Shown piece after piece: positions 63,955 to 64,000 of a stretch of DNA of 64,000 nt (the first letter of the stretch is position 1; each line of letters starts with the position of its first letter). A program made the translations under genes and the position numbers. Source of the stretch: a bacterium. Lineage in GTDB: Bacteria > UBA8248. The stretch covers positions 3,936,001 through 4,000,000 of the forward strand of contig OZ242260.1 in assembly GCA_965207065.1 (NCBI GenBank), in the 5' to 3' direction. The notes under the pieces are model-generated. The model was not told where the DNA came from, ran no database searches, and was given only the letters and a program-made list of their open reading frames with translations.

Positions 63955-64000
63955 TCAATCCCGGGCTTCACGGTCGTATGGCCTCGTGAGCGCGCGGGGG
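63955..64000 (-). CDS. C-terminus of a second ABC permease (partial)
   Basis: PRALTRPYDREARD* resembles the P.AL..PY.RE tail of these permeases. Confidence 0.6.
   Translation of the reverse strand, partial: PRALTRPYDREARD

Overview
High-GC bacterial chromosome segment. An ankyrin-repeat protein, TbpB-like lipoproteins, UGSC genes and very dense REPs hint at a marine or sponge-associated Nitrospinota/Tectomicrobia-like organism, but that is inference only. The housekeeping backbone comprises transaldolase, a PyrR-attenuated pyrR-pyrB-pyrC-carA-carB operon, S4/SurA/PPIase/mfd/rodZ, aroF, pdxA, a CCA enzyme and a second pyrR. Accessory content: (1) a decaying toxin-antitoxin hotspot at 1-6 kb; (2) two acyl-CoA dehydrogenases followed by a hidden UGA-recoded UGSC selenoprotein with a SECIS-like hairpin; (3) a ridA-yqeB-AAA+-VWA-yqeC-xdhC cluster that looks like a selenium-molybdoenzyme maturation machine; (4) a RAYT transposase embedded in, and invaded in-frame by, its REPs, with three REP-flanked self-promoted small coiled-coil genes; (5) two surface lipoproteins behind a tandem array of hairpin-enclosed micro-ORFs (MxxATxP[ST]PVS), with an antisense copy of the same RBS motif in the 3' UTR; (6) carbamate kinase, an AtzD-like hydrolase and a nucleoside-type ABC transporter. 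At least four families of palindromic or MITE-like repeats fill the intergenic spaces. All calls come from reading the sequence by eye; no searches were run.
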